64,000 nucleotides of DNA, taken from assembly GCA_963667035.1 (NCBI GenBank), contig OY762964.1, forward strand, positions 1,440,001 to 1,504,000, given 5' to 3'. This DNA is from Candidatus Cloacimonadales bacterium (lineage in GTDB: Bacteria > Cloacimonadota > Cloacimonadia > Cloacimonadales > JAFGVF01). A program made the position numbers and the translations under genes. Below the pieces are notes generated by a model that was not told the origin of the DNA, made no database searches, and saw nothing but the letters and a program-made list of their open reading frames with translations. Shown piece after piece: positions 9,316-19,538 of this stretch; positions within the stretch are counted from its first letter, which is position 1; each line of letters starts with the position of its first letter.

Positions 9316-9990
9316 TTACTTCACCACAATATAATAATATAGATTAACTCCGAATTTCAGAGCTTTGTCTCTTACTTCAGGTGAATCATTGTGAGTTTCA
9401 GGATCTGCCCAACCGTCAGAGATGTTACTTTCATAAGTATAAAAAAGCATCATTCTCCCATTTGTATCAAATACTCCGAAGCCTCTAGGTCTTTTATCAT
9501 CATGCTTGTGAGTTTTAGGTAATCCCTTGGGAAACTTATAATAGCAATTGTAGATTTCATGATTCTTCGGTAGTTCAACTAATTCATTATCAGGTAGTAT
9601 TGATTGTATTTCCTTTCGAAAAGATTCATCTAATCCATAATCATCATCTACATACAAGAATCCACCTCTTCTAAGATACTCTCTTATATTAGCTTTCTCT
9701 TTAGAAGTAAATTTAACATTACCATGTCCGGTAACATAAATATATGGATATTTGAACAGATCAGGACTTCCAGCTTCAACAATCTCTTGTTTGTTTGGAA
9801 AGCGACAATTAAGCTCTTTATTTAAAACTTCCATCATATTAGTCAATACTTCAGGATTATTATACCAATCTCCTCCACCTTTATACTTCAATCTTGCCAA
9901 AGGTACGGTAGAGTTATCTATAGTAAACGCTGAATAACAAATAGCTATGATTGCTATTATGAGTAGAAAGCTTTTCTTAGAAATATTCAT
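9316..9990 (-). CDS. DUF4159 domain protein, secreted
   Basis: ARLKYKGGGDWY, YPYIYVTGHG, GGFLYVDDDYG and SDGWAD motifs. Confidence 0.85.
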   Translation of the reverse strand: MNISKKSFLLIIAIIAICYSAFTIDNSTVPLARLKYKGGGDWYNNPEVLTNMMEVLNKELNCRFPNKQEIVEAGSPDLFKYPYIYVTGHGNVKFTSKEKANIREYLRRGGFLYVDDDYGLDESFRKEIQSILPDNELVELPKNHEIYNCYYKFPKGLPKTHKHDDKRPRGFGVFDTNGRMMLFYTYESNISDGWADPETHNDSPEVRDKALKFGVNLYYYIVVK

Positions 9991-10004
9991 TTTGTAAAAG
10001 AATC

Positions 10005-10031
10005 GCAGAGGATGAATAAATCATCCTCTGC
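10005..10031 (-). terminator. Hairpin/terminator after the M3 peptidase gene
   Basis: GCAGAGGATGA-ATAAA-TCATCCTCTGC; T-rich tail on the minus strand. Confidence 0.7.
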
Positions 10032-10037
10032 ATAAAT

Positions 10038-12077
10038 TTATTTTATCAATCCGTCTCTTCTAAGAAGAGCATCTGCATCCGGTTTCCTTCCTCTAAATGC
10101 TTCAAACAGATTCATAGGATGTTCAGTATTACCTTTTGCTAAGACATTTCTTCTGAAAGATTCTGCTGTTTCTTGGTTAAAGATTCCTTTCTCTTTAAAG
10201 AGTTCAAAGGCATCTGCATCAAGAACTTCAGCCCATTTATAAGAGTAGTAACCTGCTGAGTATCCTCCGGCAAAGATGTGACTAAAACTAGCTGATTTAC
10301 TTGAATCAATTACTTTTGGGAATAATCTTGTTTTTTTCATAACTTCATCTTCAAATGCTATAACATCTTTAATCTCACTTGGATCATTTGCATGCCAAGA
10401 CATATCAAGAAAGCCAAAACTTAACTGTCTGATGTTTGAGTAAGCACTGAGATAAGTTTGTGATGCTTTTATCTTCTCAACAAACTCACTTGGTATAACT
10501 TCTCCGGTTTCATAATGATAAGCAAAGAGTTCAAGCGTTTCTTTTTCGGATACCCAGTTCTCCATTATCTGAGAGGGAAGCTCTACAAAATCCCAGTAAA
10601 CACTTGGTGAAGCAACTGATGAATAAGTAACATCAGAAAGCAATCCGTGCAAAGCATGACCAAACTCGTGGAAGAGAGTCTCAACTTCTCTAAAGGTTAA
10701 CAGTGATGGAGAATCTTCAGTAGAAGGAGTAAAATTAGCTACAACAAATATTTGAGGTTTCTCCATTTTACCGTCGTGAAGTCCTTGGCCAACCATAGGA
10801 TTCATCCAAGCTCCGGAACGTTTAGTAGTTCTAGGATGTAAGTCCATGTACAGAATTCCAATGTAGTCACCATTAGCTTCAGTAACTTCGAAAACCTTAA
10901 CATCTTCGTGATAAACAGGTATTTCTGGAAGCGATTTAAACTGTAAACCATAAAGCTTACCTGCAACTTTAAAAACACCATCTATTACATTCTCAACCTT
11001 GAAATAAGGTCTTAACTCTTCAGAGTTTAAAGCGAACTTCTTCTGCTTCAATTTCTCTGAATAATATGAGAAATCCCAAGACATGAATTCTTCAAGTCCA
11101 TCTGTTTCTTTTGCAAAAGCTGCAACTTCTTCAACTTCCTTCAGAGCAACCGGATATGCCACATCATAAATTTTGTTCAAGAAATCCAAGACATTGTTTT
11201 TATTTTGAGCCATTCTCTCTGCTAATACATAATCTGCATGAGTATTAAAGCCAAGAATATTTGCTCTCTGGTGTCTTAAATTAGCTATTCTGATACAATT
11301 CTCTTTATTATCAAACTCACCGTTATTGGCAATAGTGCTAACAGCTAAGCTGATTGTCTTTCTTAACTCACGATTATCAGCATAAGTAATCACCGGCATA
11401 ATACTTGGAGCTTGTAAATTAAACATCCAGCCTTTATCATGACCTTTTTGTCTTGCTAAAGCAGCTGCAGCTTTAAGAGCATTCTCAGGAATACCTTTCA
11501 ATTCTTCTTTATCTTCAATAAGAAGTTCATAAGCATTAGTTGAATTAAGTACATTTTGTGAGTACTTAGGAGTCAATCCGGCCATTTCCATATCAATAGC
11601 TAAAAGTTTTTCCTTCTCTTCATCAGTGAGTTTCGCTCCATTACGAACAAAACTCTTATACTTAAGTTCTGTAACTCTCTTCTGTTCATCATTCAAACCA
11701 AGATTGTCCATGTTATCATATACTGTTTTCACCTTGTTAAATAGGACTTCATCAGTTGAAATCTTGCTACCAAACTGGGCAAACATTGGTGAAATAACTT
11801 GGGCAAGTGCTTTAAACTCGTTATCTGAATGTGTACTTAAAAGGTTGTAGAAAACAGATGCTACTTCCCCCATTAAAGCTCCGGATTCTTCCAGTGCTAA
11901 AACTGTATTTTCAAAATTAGGTTCTTCTGTATTTTCTTTAATTGCATTAATATCTTTTTGAGCTTGCTCAACACTTAGTTTTGCTGCAGGTTCAAAATGT
12001 TCTAACTTGTATTCATTAAGTGGGAACACATTATAAGATGTTACTCGTTTACGTTCAATCAATGGATTAGATTGCAT
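10038..12077 (-). CDS. dcp: M3 family metallopeptidase (peptidyl-dipeptidase Dcp/oligopeptidase A)
   Basis: LFHEFGHALH, WDFVELPSQIMENW and FSHIFAGGYSAGYYSYKWAEVLDADAF motifs. Confidence 0.9.
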   Translation of the reverse strand: MQSNPLIERKRVTSYNVFPLNEYKLEHFEPAAKLSVEQAQKDINAIKENTEEPNFENTVLALEESGALMGEVASVFYNLLSTHSDNEFKALAQVISPMFAQFGSKISTDEVLFNKVKTVYDNMDNLGLNDEQKRVTELKYKSFVRNGAKLTDEEKEKLLAIDMEMAGLTPKYSQNVLNSTNAYELLIEDKEELKGIPENALKAAAALARQKGHDKGWMFNLQAPSIMPVITYADNRELRKTISLAVSTIANNGEFDNKENCIRIANLRHQRANILGFNTHADYVLAERMAQNKNNVLDFLNKIYDVAYPVALKEVEEVAAFAKETDGLEEFMSWDFSYYSEKLKQKKFALNSEELRPYFKVENVIDGVFKVAGKLYGLQFKSLPEIPVYHEDVKVFEVTEANGDYIGILYMDLHPRTTKRSGAWMNPMVGQGLHDGKMEKPQIFVVANFTPSTEDSPSLLTFREVETLFHEFGHALHGLLSDVTYSSVASPSVYWDFVELPSQIMENWVSEKETLELFAYHYETGEVIPSEFVEKIKASQTYLSAYSNIRQLSFGFLDMSWHANDPSEIKDVIAFEDEVMKKTRLFPKVIDSSKSASFSHIFAGGYSAGYYSYKWAEVLDADAFELFKEKGIFNQETAESFRRNVLAKGNTEHPMNLFEAFRGRKPDADALLRRDGLIK

Positions 12078-12079
12078 AG

Positions 12080-15000
12080 TTATCTCCTATTTTTATTATA
12101 TTTATAATTATTAAAATCAAATCTGATAGTTCTTTGTAACATGATTTCGTGAGAATACATCTCATCCTTATCAGGCTCAACACCAAAAGTATATGATACT
12201 TTGAATCTTTCCGGCAAATTAAATCTGAATGTTGCATTGTGATTCACAAGCATGTTAGTCTTTGTTTCCAAATCCGTCGTTTCTTGGAACAAAGCTGTGT
12301 AATCAAAGTATATATTTCGAGTTAAATACTTACCTGCGTTTATCTTTAGATTGTCAAGCAGAATTGAAGAACTAAACTCAACTAATTGACTTTCCTCTCG
12401 CTTTAACTCATCTTTTTCATTTATAATATAGTTGGAATACACATTTTGCAAGAATCCAAAATCAACATATAGAAAGTCAAGCTTCAAAAACTTGCGAACG
12501 TAATTCTCTACCGGGTACAAGAATGGGTCAAGATAGTAACTGTTCAAGTTACCATCAAGTAAATTGAGAGCTTCGTCTTGCCAGATTGAACTTTCTTGCT
12601 CTGAAGACAAGTCTGATAGTTCACTATCATATCTAACTCGAGCCAACATGTTAACTATGGATCTATCATTAGGGTTATCACTTGAAATGTTAAATTGAAG
12701 CCTATCCACAAAACTCTTACTTAAGTCATCATCAGTATCTATAGTTAACAAGATTGTTGTTCCATCAGAAGTCTTGTGATACAGCTCTCCTAACAAATAT
12801 TCACCTGAATAATCATTCATTCCTACTTCGAAATAGTCTAGTTTAAAATTGATTCCGAAGAAATCAAATGAACCTGACTCTGCAGAGAGAAGTATTCTTT
12901 TTACTATCCATTCTTCTCTATCGTAAAACAGATGTATAAAGCTGTTTTCTCTTACCGGTATGTTAGCAGGATGAGTTATATATCTACTGTTTTCATCGAA
13001 ATATAGGATTGTATCCAACTTAAAAGGCAATAAAACTGGTTCTTTGTTTGTATTATCTGATTTCTTAGCAGGATTTAACTGTGTAAAAAGTTTTAACAAG
13101 TTATCAACCTTAGGAGGATACAAAGCCATTGCATTCCGTAGAACAACATCTGCTTCTATGTATATATCGTCAAATGGGCCGGTAATTGTAGCTTCTCTAC
13201 TGTTTCTTCCTTGAATAATTGCATTTGTAAGTGTATTTTCCTGTGAGTATTCAGGCACTGTTACCAATATACCGTCTGAATCTGTTCTGACAAAGAGTTT
13301 ACCGATCTTTAAATTACCGAGAATGAAATCTTTCTCATCACCAATCAGTTCATTTCTGACATGTATATAGCCATCACCGGATCTAACTTTGAATTTGTTA
13401 ATTGTCAGCACGTCATCATCCACAGATATATCAATTGTCATATCTCCCAGTTGCTGTAATTGACTATTAATGCTAAGATTTCCATTTTTAAGTTTGATAC
13501 TACCTTGATGGAAGTTTAATCCGTCCTCCCCCATAGAAGTAACAAGATTGACCGATGTATTAGCTTTACCCTTATCAGATAATCTAAATCTTTTCAATAC
13601 TCCTGCTATATCACTATTTATTGAAATGAATAAACTATCATTTGAGGTGATATTTGTATCGGATAAAAGATTATATCCTATAGCTCCTTTGAGATTTATA
13701 TCAGCAATATTGTTTGATTTCAATCTCAATGTGTCGACAACTAATTTTTTATGGTATTGTTTTATATTTGCTTCAAAATCAGTTATATCAAAATTATAAG
13801 CTTGCAAATTCCTTGATTTGGCATATACATCAAGAATTGGTTGCTCACTTTCACCACCAAGACTCATTTTTACTCTTCCATCAATAATGCCATTGAATTT
13901 TTCTTCAAACACTTGAGAAAGGAATAAACCATTTATATCACCCATAATTGTTAAGAGTGGTTTATTCTTAAGATCTATCACACCTAACATGTCAATAGCT
14001 TGATCGATGCTATCGTCTTTAAAGGTATTGCTTAATTCTATCCTGTCAGATGTGCCACTAAAAGTAATTGTTGAATCAATAGGCTTAATTATTCCATGCT
14101 TTATATTTCGAATATCAATTTTACCTGAAGTCTGTCTATCCTCTTTCGAGTTTATATCTATATCCAAGTCGACATATCCGTCAAACTGCCTTGCTTGATA
14201 ATCTGTCATCAAATATTTTAGTACTTCTCTAATACTTATGGATTTACCGGATAAAGCCAGACCATATTGAGTCTCATCTTCCAGATTAACCCAACCTGAA
14301 CCTTCTAATTGTTCATTAATATTAAAATCGTTTATCCAGATGCGTTTATCTTGGAATGAGGCATCAATAATATATGAGAAATCCTTATTGTTTAATAATG
14401 AACTACTTGTCTCTGCTCTAATTGAACCAAGTTTCTCATTCAAATTATAATTGAGATCCAGAAGCACTCTGGAATCAAGAGAAAGGTTCTCTGTCTCCTC
14501 GAAACGCAAAGCCGATGTACAATCTATCAAGTTATTGTTGATATCAATGTTTGAGCTACCGTATAACTTCATTTTGTTAAGAGGAGCACCTAAATCATTT
14601 GCTAATACCGTATTTGTAGTGAGTCCTGATAAATCAAGATTCATTTTACCATTCTTCTTGTCGGTCAGATAGTATCCGGAAGTCTTCACAGAACTACCTA
14701 TTGATGAAACAAAGCTCAGACTATCACTTTCCAATGAAACCACTGCGTTAAGATCTGATATGTTTAAACTTCCGTTATTGAACTCACCGCCTTTTATCTC
14801 AATGTTACCCGTTAACTTCTTATTAAGTGATATATTACCACTGGATGACATCAATATTTTAAACTGTTCATTCTCATTTTGAGGAGTAACATTCATTGCA
14901 AAATCAATATCTTTAAATTTATCAATTGAAACATCTCCACTAATATTGTTACCTTTGTAATTGGCTTTATCAATATCAATATCAAAGTTGTTCTTTACAT

Positions 15001-16129
15001 ATCCTACTTTTAACTTTGCGTCAGTAAGTTTTTCTTCTTTCCAAGCAATACTATCTGCAACAATCACTCCATATACTTCAGGAGTTTTCAAGTTTCCACT
15101 TAGTATAAAGTGTCCGTCAGTTATTCCTCTGATATCCTTTAATATGATTACAGGATTAAATGAGTTAACATTAATAGTCCCTGATAATCCAGGATTCTTA
15201 CTTAGCGGATTTGAAACAATTACTGAAGCATTCCCTGTCACTTCATCCAAATTAACTAACTTAGTCCTTACGTATAATTTATCATCAACAAGAGAAGTAA
15301 CTAGTTTTGGTATATATAGTTTGTTATCTTGATATCTGATGTATAAGTCTTCAATTTTTGCTTCCATATCAAAGTTAGTGGTATCAACTGTACTCTCATA
15401 ATTAACTATAACATCAGCATCAAAATCAAGTTCTTCCAGATAACGTGTAGAGACTTCTGCCGGCATAAGATTGTTTAATGTAGCGTTCAATTTCACTACC
15501 TTTGAATCTTTCACTGCCAAATACGTACTCATAGAGCTTTCTTTGCTGTTATTTGCGTTAATCGATAATTCAAACTCATTATCTCTAGCTGTAATAGATG
15601 CATTTATTCTATCAATCTTATCGCTAAGATAGAGTTCATTAGTCCCGTCTGTTGAGCTTATTATAGTGTATTTAACACTTCCGTCAATAAGAGTTAGCTT
15701 ACCAAAGTATTTGCTTAAATTAGGGAACATAAATGGTTCATTTTCTTCATCAGTGGCCCTCTCAGGCAATACATAAGTAACAATCATTTCAGGATTTACT
15801 GCAGTTATGTCATTTAAGGGTCTGTACTTATTACTAAATCCCGGGATTAATCCGATTAGTTTGTAATCTACTATCAATTGATTTAGATTAAAGATATAGT
15901 TATCGGTTTTATTCACTAAACTGATATCGTTTATTATAACTTGCTTATCACTAAGAGTCAAATCACCGATTTCTAAATCAGCATGCAAATGTTCTTTCAC
16001 ATAGTTAACTGCAAATCTGTTTATATACGGCGTGAAGACCTTTGTTTTCGTTATTAATAGTATTATACCGTTATATACAAGTATAAGGATTAATAACCAA
16101 AATAGAAAAATAGGTCTTCTTCGCATCAT
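12080..16129 (-). CDS. TamB/AsmA-like bridge protein (1349 aa)
   Basis: N-terminal TM anchor, long beta-rich body, C-terminal GKYLTRNIYFDY resembling the TamB end. Confidence 0.65.
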   Translation of the reverse strand: MMRRRPIFLFWLLILILVYNGIILLITKTKVFTPYINRFAVNYVKEHLHADLEIGDLTLSDKQVIINDISLVNKTDNYIFNLNQLIVDYKLIGLIPGFSNKYRPLNDITAVNPEMIVTYVLPERATDEENEPFMFPNLSKYFGKLTLIDGSVKYTIISSTDGTNELYLSDKIDRINASITARDNEFELSINANNSKESSMSTYLAVKDSKVVKLNATLNNLMPAEVSTRYLEELDFDADVIVNYESTVDTTNFDMEAKIEDLYIRYQDNKLYIPKLVTSLVDDKLYVRTKLVNLDEVTGNASVIVSNPLSKNPGLSGTINVNSFNPVIILKDIRGITDGHFILSGNLKTPEVYGVIVADSIAWKEEKLTDAKLKVGYVKNNFDIDIDKANYKGNNISGDVSIDKFKDIDFAMNVTPQNENEQFKILMSSSGNISLNKKLTGNIEIKGGEFNNGSLNISDLNAVVSLESDSLSFVSSIGSSVKTSGYYLTDKKNGKMNLDLSGLTTNTVLANDLGAPLNKMKLYGSSNIDINNNLIDCTSALRFEETENLSLDSRVLLDLNYNLNEKLGSIRAETSSSLLNNKDFSYIIDASFQDKRIWINDFNINEQLEGSGWVNLEDETQYGLALSGKSISIREVLKYLMTDYQARQFDGYVDLDIDINSKEDRQTSGKIDIRNIKHGIIKPIDSTITFSGTSDRIELSNTFKDDSIDQAIDMLGVIDLKNKPLLTIMGDINGLFLSQVFEEKFNGIIDGRVKMSLGGESEQPILDVYAKSRNLQAYNFDITDFEANIKQYHKKLVVDTLRLKSNNIADINLKGAIGYNLLSDTNITSNDSLFISINSDIAGVLKRFRLSDKGKANTSVNLVTSMGEDGLNFHQGSIKLKNGNLSINSQLQQLGDMTIDISVDDDVLTINKFKVRSGDGYIHVRNELIGDEKDFILGNLKIGKLFVRTDSDGILVTVPEYSQENTLTNAIIQGRNSREATITGPFDDIYIEADVVLRNAMALYPPKVDNLLKLFTQLNPAKKSDNTNKEPVLLPFKLDTILYFDENSRYITHPANIPVRENSFIHLFYDREEWIVKRILLSAESGSFDFFGINFKLDYFEVGMNDYSGEYLLGELYHKTSDGTTILLTIDTDDDLSKSFVDRLQFNISSDNPNDRSIVNMLARVRYDSELSDLSSEQESSIWQDEALNLLDGNLNSYYLDPFLYPVENYVRKFLKLDFLYVDFGFLQNVYSNYIINEKDELKREESQLVEFSSSILLDNLKINAGKYLTRNIYFDYTALFQETTDLETKTNMLVNHNATFRFNLPERFKVSYTFGVEPDKDEMYSHEIMLQRTIRFDFNNYKYNKNRR

Positions 16130-16134
16130 AGATG

Positions 16135-16812
16135 TTATCTTTCCAGAAGTATTCCTTGGCTTAGCTCAAAACTTCTTTGAGTTCTTTTAGCAATCTCAGG
16201 ATTATGAGTAACTATCAATATTGTTTGTCCCAAATCTCTATTAAGCTTTAACAATAGCTCAATAACTTCGTTACTATGTAATGGGTCCAGATTACCTGTA
16301 GGTTCATCTGCAAGTAACAGTTCCGGATTGTTTATTAAAGCTCTAGCTATGGCAATTCTCTGTTGCTCTCCCCCGCTTAACTGATTAGGATAGTGATTCT
16401 TGCGTGCACTTATATCAAGTTGTTTAAGAAGTTCTTCTGCTTTGCTCAAAGCATTCCTATGACTTTCACCTGCCACTAGCATTGGCATTGCCACATTTTC
16501 AATAGCTGTAAAGTCTTCCAAAAGATAATGGAATTGGAAGACAAATCCAAGATTCTTGTTTCGGAATTTATGTAAGCCTTTATCTTTAGTAGAAATTACG
16601 GATCCATTGAAAACAACACTACCATTATCAGGTTTATCAAGCATTCCAAGAATATGCAACAATGTGCTCTTTCCACAACCTGATTGACCTGTTATACTGA
16701 CAGTTTCACCTTTCACTATCTCGAGGCTGGCTCCAGCCAATATCTGAAGATCACCCCCATTTTCTTGATAGCTTTTATATATTGCATCAGCTTTTAAAAG
16801 TATATTACTCAT
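16135..16812 (-). CDS. lolD: Lipoprotein-releasing ABC transporter ATPase
   Basis: GQSGCGKST, GFVFQFHYLL (LolD motif), LSGGEQQR, DEPTGNLD. Confidence 0.88.
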   Translation of the reverse strand: MSNILLKADAIYKSYQENGGDLQILAGASLEIVKGETVSITGQSGCGKSTLLHILGMLDKPDNGSVVFNGSVISTKDKGLHKFRNKNLGFVFQFHYLLEDFTAIENVAMPMLVAGESHRNALSKAEELLKQLDISARKNHYPNQLSGGEQQRIAIARALINNPELLLADEPTGNLDPLHSNEVIELLLKLNRDLGQTILIVTHNPEIAKRTQRSFELSQGILLER

Positions 16813-18038
16813 TAATTTCTTTCTCTTAAAATCTCGTTTATTACCATCTTATTAATCTGACGTAATGGAATTGATGTCGAAAGAGTTATTATAGCTAATG
16901 AACTAAAGAATATTGCTATCAAGGCTCCCGAATTCAATTTCATCGTCAAAACATCTATAAAGTATACATCACCATTTATTCCAAGCAAAGTCTGTTTTGT
17001 TATTATCCACGCTAAAAATATCCCAAGTATAATACCTATTAAGACGGCTATTACCGCTAAACCAACAAAAGTGCTTAGATAAAGCTTTTTTAAGGAATGA
17101 TTACTACATCCTATCGCCTTAAGTATTCCTATTTCAGGCTTTTTATCAAGAATTGAAGTCGATACGGATCCAATCATGTTAAAAGAAGCTATAAGCACTA
17201 GGAAGAGAAGTATTACGAATAGCAGTCCTCGCTGCCACTCCAACAATGAAAACAAAGATTGATTAAAATATGACCAAGGATAAATTAGATAATCCCTGAA
17301 TACTTCTTTACTCCATTCTTTTGAGATTTTCTCAACATCACCCGAATTATCGAACAATAGAACTTCCAACCATTGAGTAATGCCGTCACTCCCAAAAGTA
17401 TCTTTAAATGAATCTGCAGATATCAGACCTATAGTGTTATCCTGCTCATACATACCGGACTCATAGAAGTCTACTACTACAAATTTATTCCGCTTGTTTC
17501 TGAAGCCCATCAGTCCGGCTCCACCGATAGTCGGATTAATCACTGAGATTGTATCTTTCAAGCTGATATTTAACTCATCAGCCAATACTCTACCTAAAAC
17601 AATCTCTCCTTCGCCAACATCAAAAGAATTATTGACCAGTGATTTACTTAGATGCGATTTATAACTTTCTGTAAGTAAATCAACTCCTCTTATATAAACC
17701 CCTCTCACTGCTCCGGAATCATTTGAAAGCATAGCTTGTTTAGCTGATATAGTTGCAAATCCCTTAACGATTTCTTTGCCTGCCAGGAATTCTGATAAGG
17801 AATCAATCTCACCATACTTAAACTCATCAGTCAGATTCGGATATATCAAAATATGAGCATAAGTCCTGAATATGGACTCTTTTAAAGTTGAGGTATAACC
17901 ATCAAACAATGATATAGCCGCTGTGAGTGTCATAACAGCTATAACAATTCCTATCATTGAAAACCAGATATCAAATCTAATCTTACGTTTTCTGTTGTTA
18001 CTCAAATTCCTTGATATATAAAAAGCATGTAATTTCAT
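16812..18038 (-). CDS. Lipoprotein-releasing ABC transporter permease LolC/E
   Basis: MacB/FtsX topology; ESGMYEQD, LIASFNMI, EIGILKAIG, DVYFID; coupled to lolD. Confidence 0.85.
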   Translation of the reverse strand: MKLHAFYISRNLSNNRKRKIRFDIWFSMIGIVIAVMTLTAAISLFDGYTSTLKESIFRTYAHILIYPNLTDEFKYGEIDSLSEFLAGKEIVKGFATISAKQAMLSNDSGAVRGVYIRGVDLLTESYKSHLSKSLVNNSFDVGEGEIVLGRVLADELNISLKDTISVINPTIGGAGLMGFRNKRNKFVVVDFYESGMYEQDNTIGLISADSFKDTFGSDGITQWLEVLLFDNSGDVEKISKEWSKEVFRDYLIYPWSYFNQSLFSLLEWQRGLLFVILLFLVLIASFNMIGSVSTSILDKKPEIGILKAIGCSNHSLKKLYLSTFVGLAVIAVLIGIILGIFLAWIITKQTLLGINGDVYFIDVLTMKLNSGALIAIFFSSLAIITLSTSIPLRQINKMVINEILRERN

Positions 18039-18309
18039 AAACTAATATAATTATTTGCTTAAAACAACTTTGTCAAGCTTTGTTATGGAGGTTTTACAAC
18101 ATAGCTTGGAAAGTTTATTAATGCTTTGAATTGACGATAAGCATTAATCTTATTTGTGAATACTAAAGAATAATAGATGAAACCAAGTTTGAGAAGACGG
18201 AAAATAAATTACTTTGACAACCATAACTACATAGTGTCATGCAAAATTAGGCACTGAACTCTCTTCTAATATTAGCTTCAAACCCTAAATCCATAGCTTG
18301 CAGATAAGT

Positions 18310-18708
18310 TTATACACCCACACGCAAGTACCATAAACGTATACCCATAATTTTAGAGATTACCTTTTCTTCAAAATCTATCTTTTGTTCTAAGGCTTGC
18401 TTTAACATTTTTACTTCTCTTTTAAGTAATATATTTTCTGTCTCTTCTGTTTTTGACATAACGTGTACCGTCCTTCCTATGCGATCATTTATTCCGTATT
18501 CATTAATCCAACGTTTCAAAGTAGAGGAGCCACCTATGTTGTAAATAGTTCTTGCTTGGGAGATAGTTAGAACTCCATCCTCAATCTCTTTAACTACTTT
18601 ACGTTTAAATACTTCACTATAACATAATGCTGTTTTCTGTTTCATTTTCTGTAAACCTTTAATTTCTCTCAGTTATATATGTGTCTACTTTATTTAGGAC
18701 GTTGTACA
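18310..18708 (-). mobile_element. IS3-family remnant: left IR plus truncated OrfA
   Basis: Minus strand begins 5'-TGTACAACGTCCTAAATAAAGTAGACAC at 18708; OrfA HTH YSEVFKRKVVKEIEDG...YNIGGSSTLKRWINEYG; no OrfB integrase. Confidence 0.75.
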
Positions 18709-18711
18709 TCA

Positions 18712-18762
18712 CTTGGTATTTTGTCCAAGAGAGTTCCAAGTATCTGCCATGTGTCTCCCAAG
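18712..18762. repeat. 11-bp-phased CCAAG array
   Basis: CCAAG/CCATG at 18725, 18736, 18747, 18758; inverted CTTGG at 18712. Confidence 0.6.
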
Positions 18763-18842
18763 AATTAAAAGAAGGAGTAAAAGATAATTAAATCCTGTTT
18801 ATTTGTAATCCCGTATTCCCCGGTTCAACAATCCGCATTTTT

Positions 18843-18938
18843 CCCACTGCTCTTCCACTGTGAAGGCACTGTCAACCCAGTGATTCAGTGGGTGCACAGT
18901 GCGTGGGCACTGCCTTCACAGTGCGAACAAAGTGCGTT
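18843..18938. repeat. 11-bp-phased CA(C/G)TG palindromic element, copy A
   Basis: Pentamers at 18845, 18856, 18867, 18878, 18886, 18897, 18908, 18919, 18930. Confidence 0.85.
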
Positions 18939-19538
18939 GTTGAACAGGGAGCAATGACAGCCCAGTGAGATCGTGAAAGTAACCAAACTCCGTATAAAAC
19001 GCACTGTAGATTCCGTTTTTTAGTATGAACTATGAATGATATTTCAAGACGTCCGTTCTCTTTACACTTCTGACAAACTCCTTGAAAAGTTATAACTTCT
19101 TGCAAATTGCACTGTTTAGATGTATTATTTTGATTCATTCCAAATTCAACACCATTAGCTTGGAACGAACAAATCCATTGGACTCGTGCTCATGCAATTC
19201 GCATAGGGTCGAGGGATTTTGGTGCAAACAATTTTTACAGAGCAAGCAGGGATGCTCGCACTACGGCTGGGCTACGGGAAGAATTTTGAATTCCAATAGT
19301 GAAAAGCTAATATAGATATTCCTATAACCTCTACTTTTAAGTAGAACGTGGAATCATTCCCTACTCTTTTAAAAGTACCCTCCCTCCAGATTCCTGAAGA
19401 ATCGGGAAGGAGGGAAAAGATAATTGTTATACGTAGTTGACCATCAACTGAAGTAGGTGGTTTTAGGGAAGCAGATCGGTATGTAATAAAACGATGGACA
19501 GTGATTTTAAATCGTTAATACCTTATTAAAGAATAAAT

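Noticed and set aside
18872..19315. ORFs 18872-19138 and 19082-19315
   Set aside because: One runs through the phased repeat; they overlap each other, have atypical composition and show no RBS or recognisable motifs.
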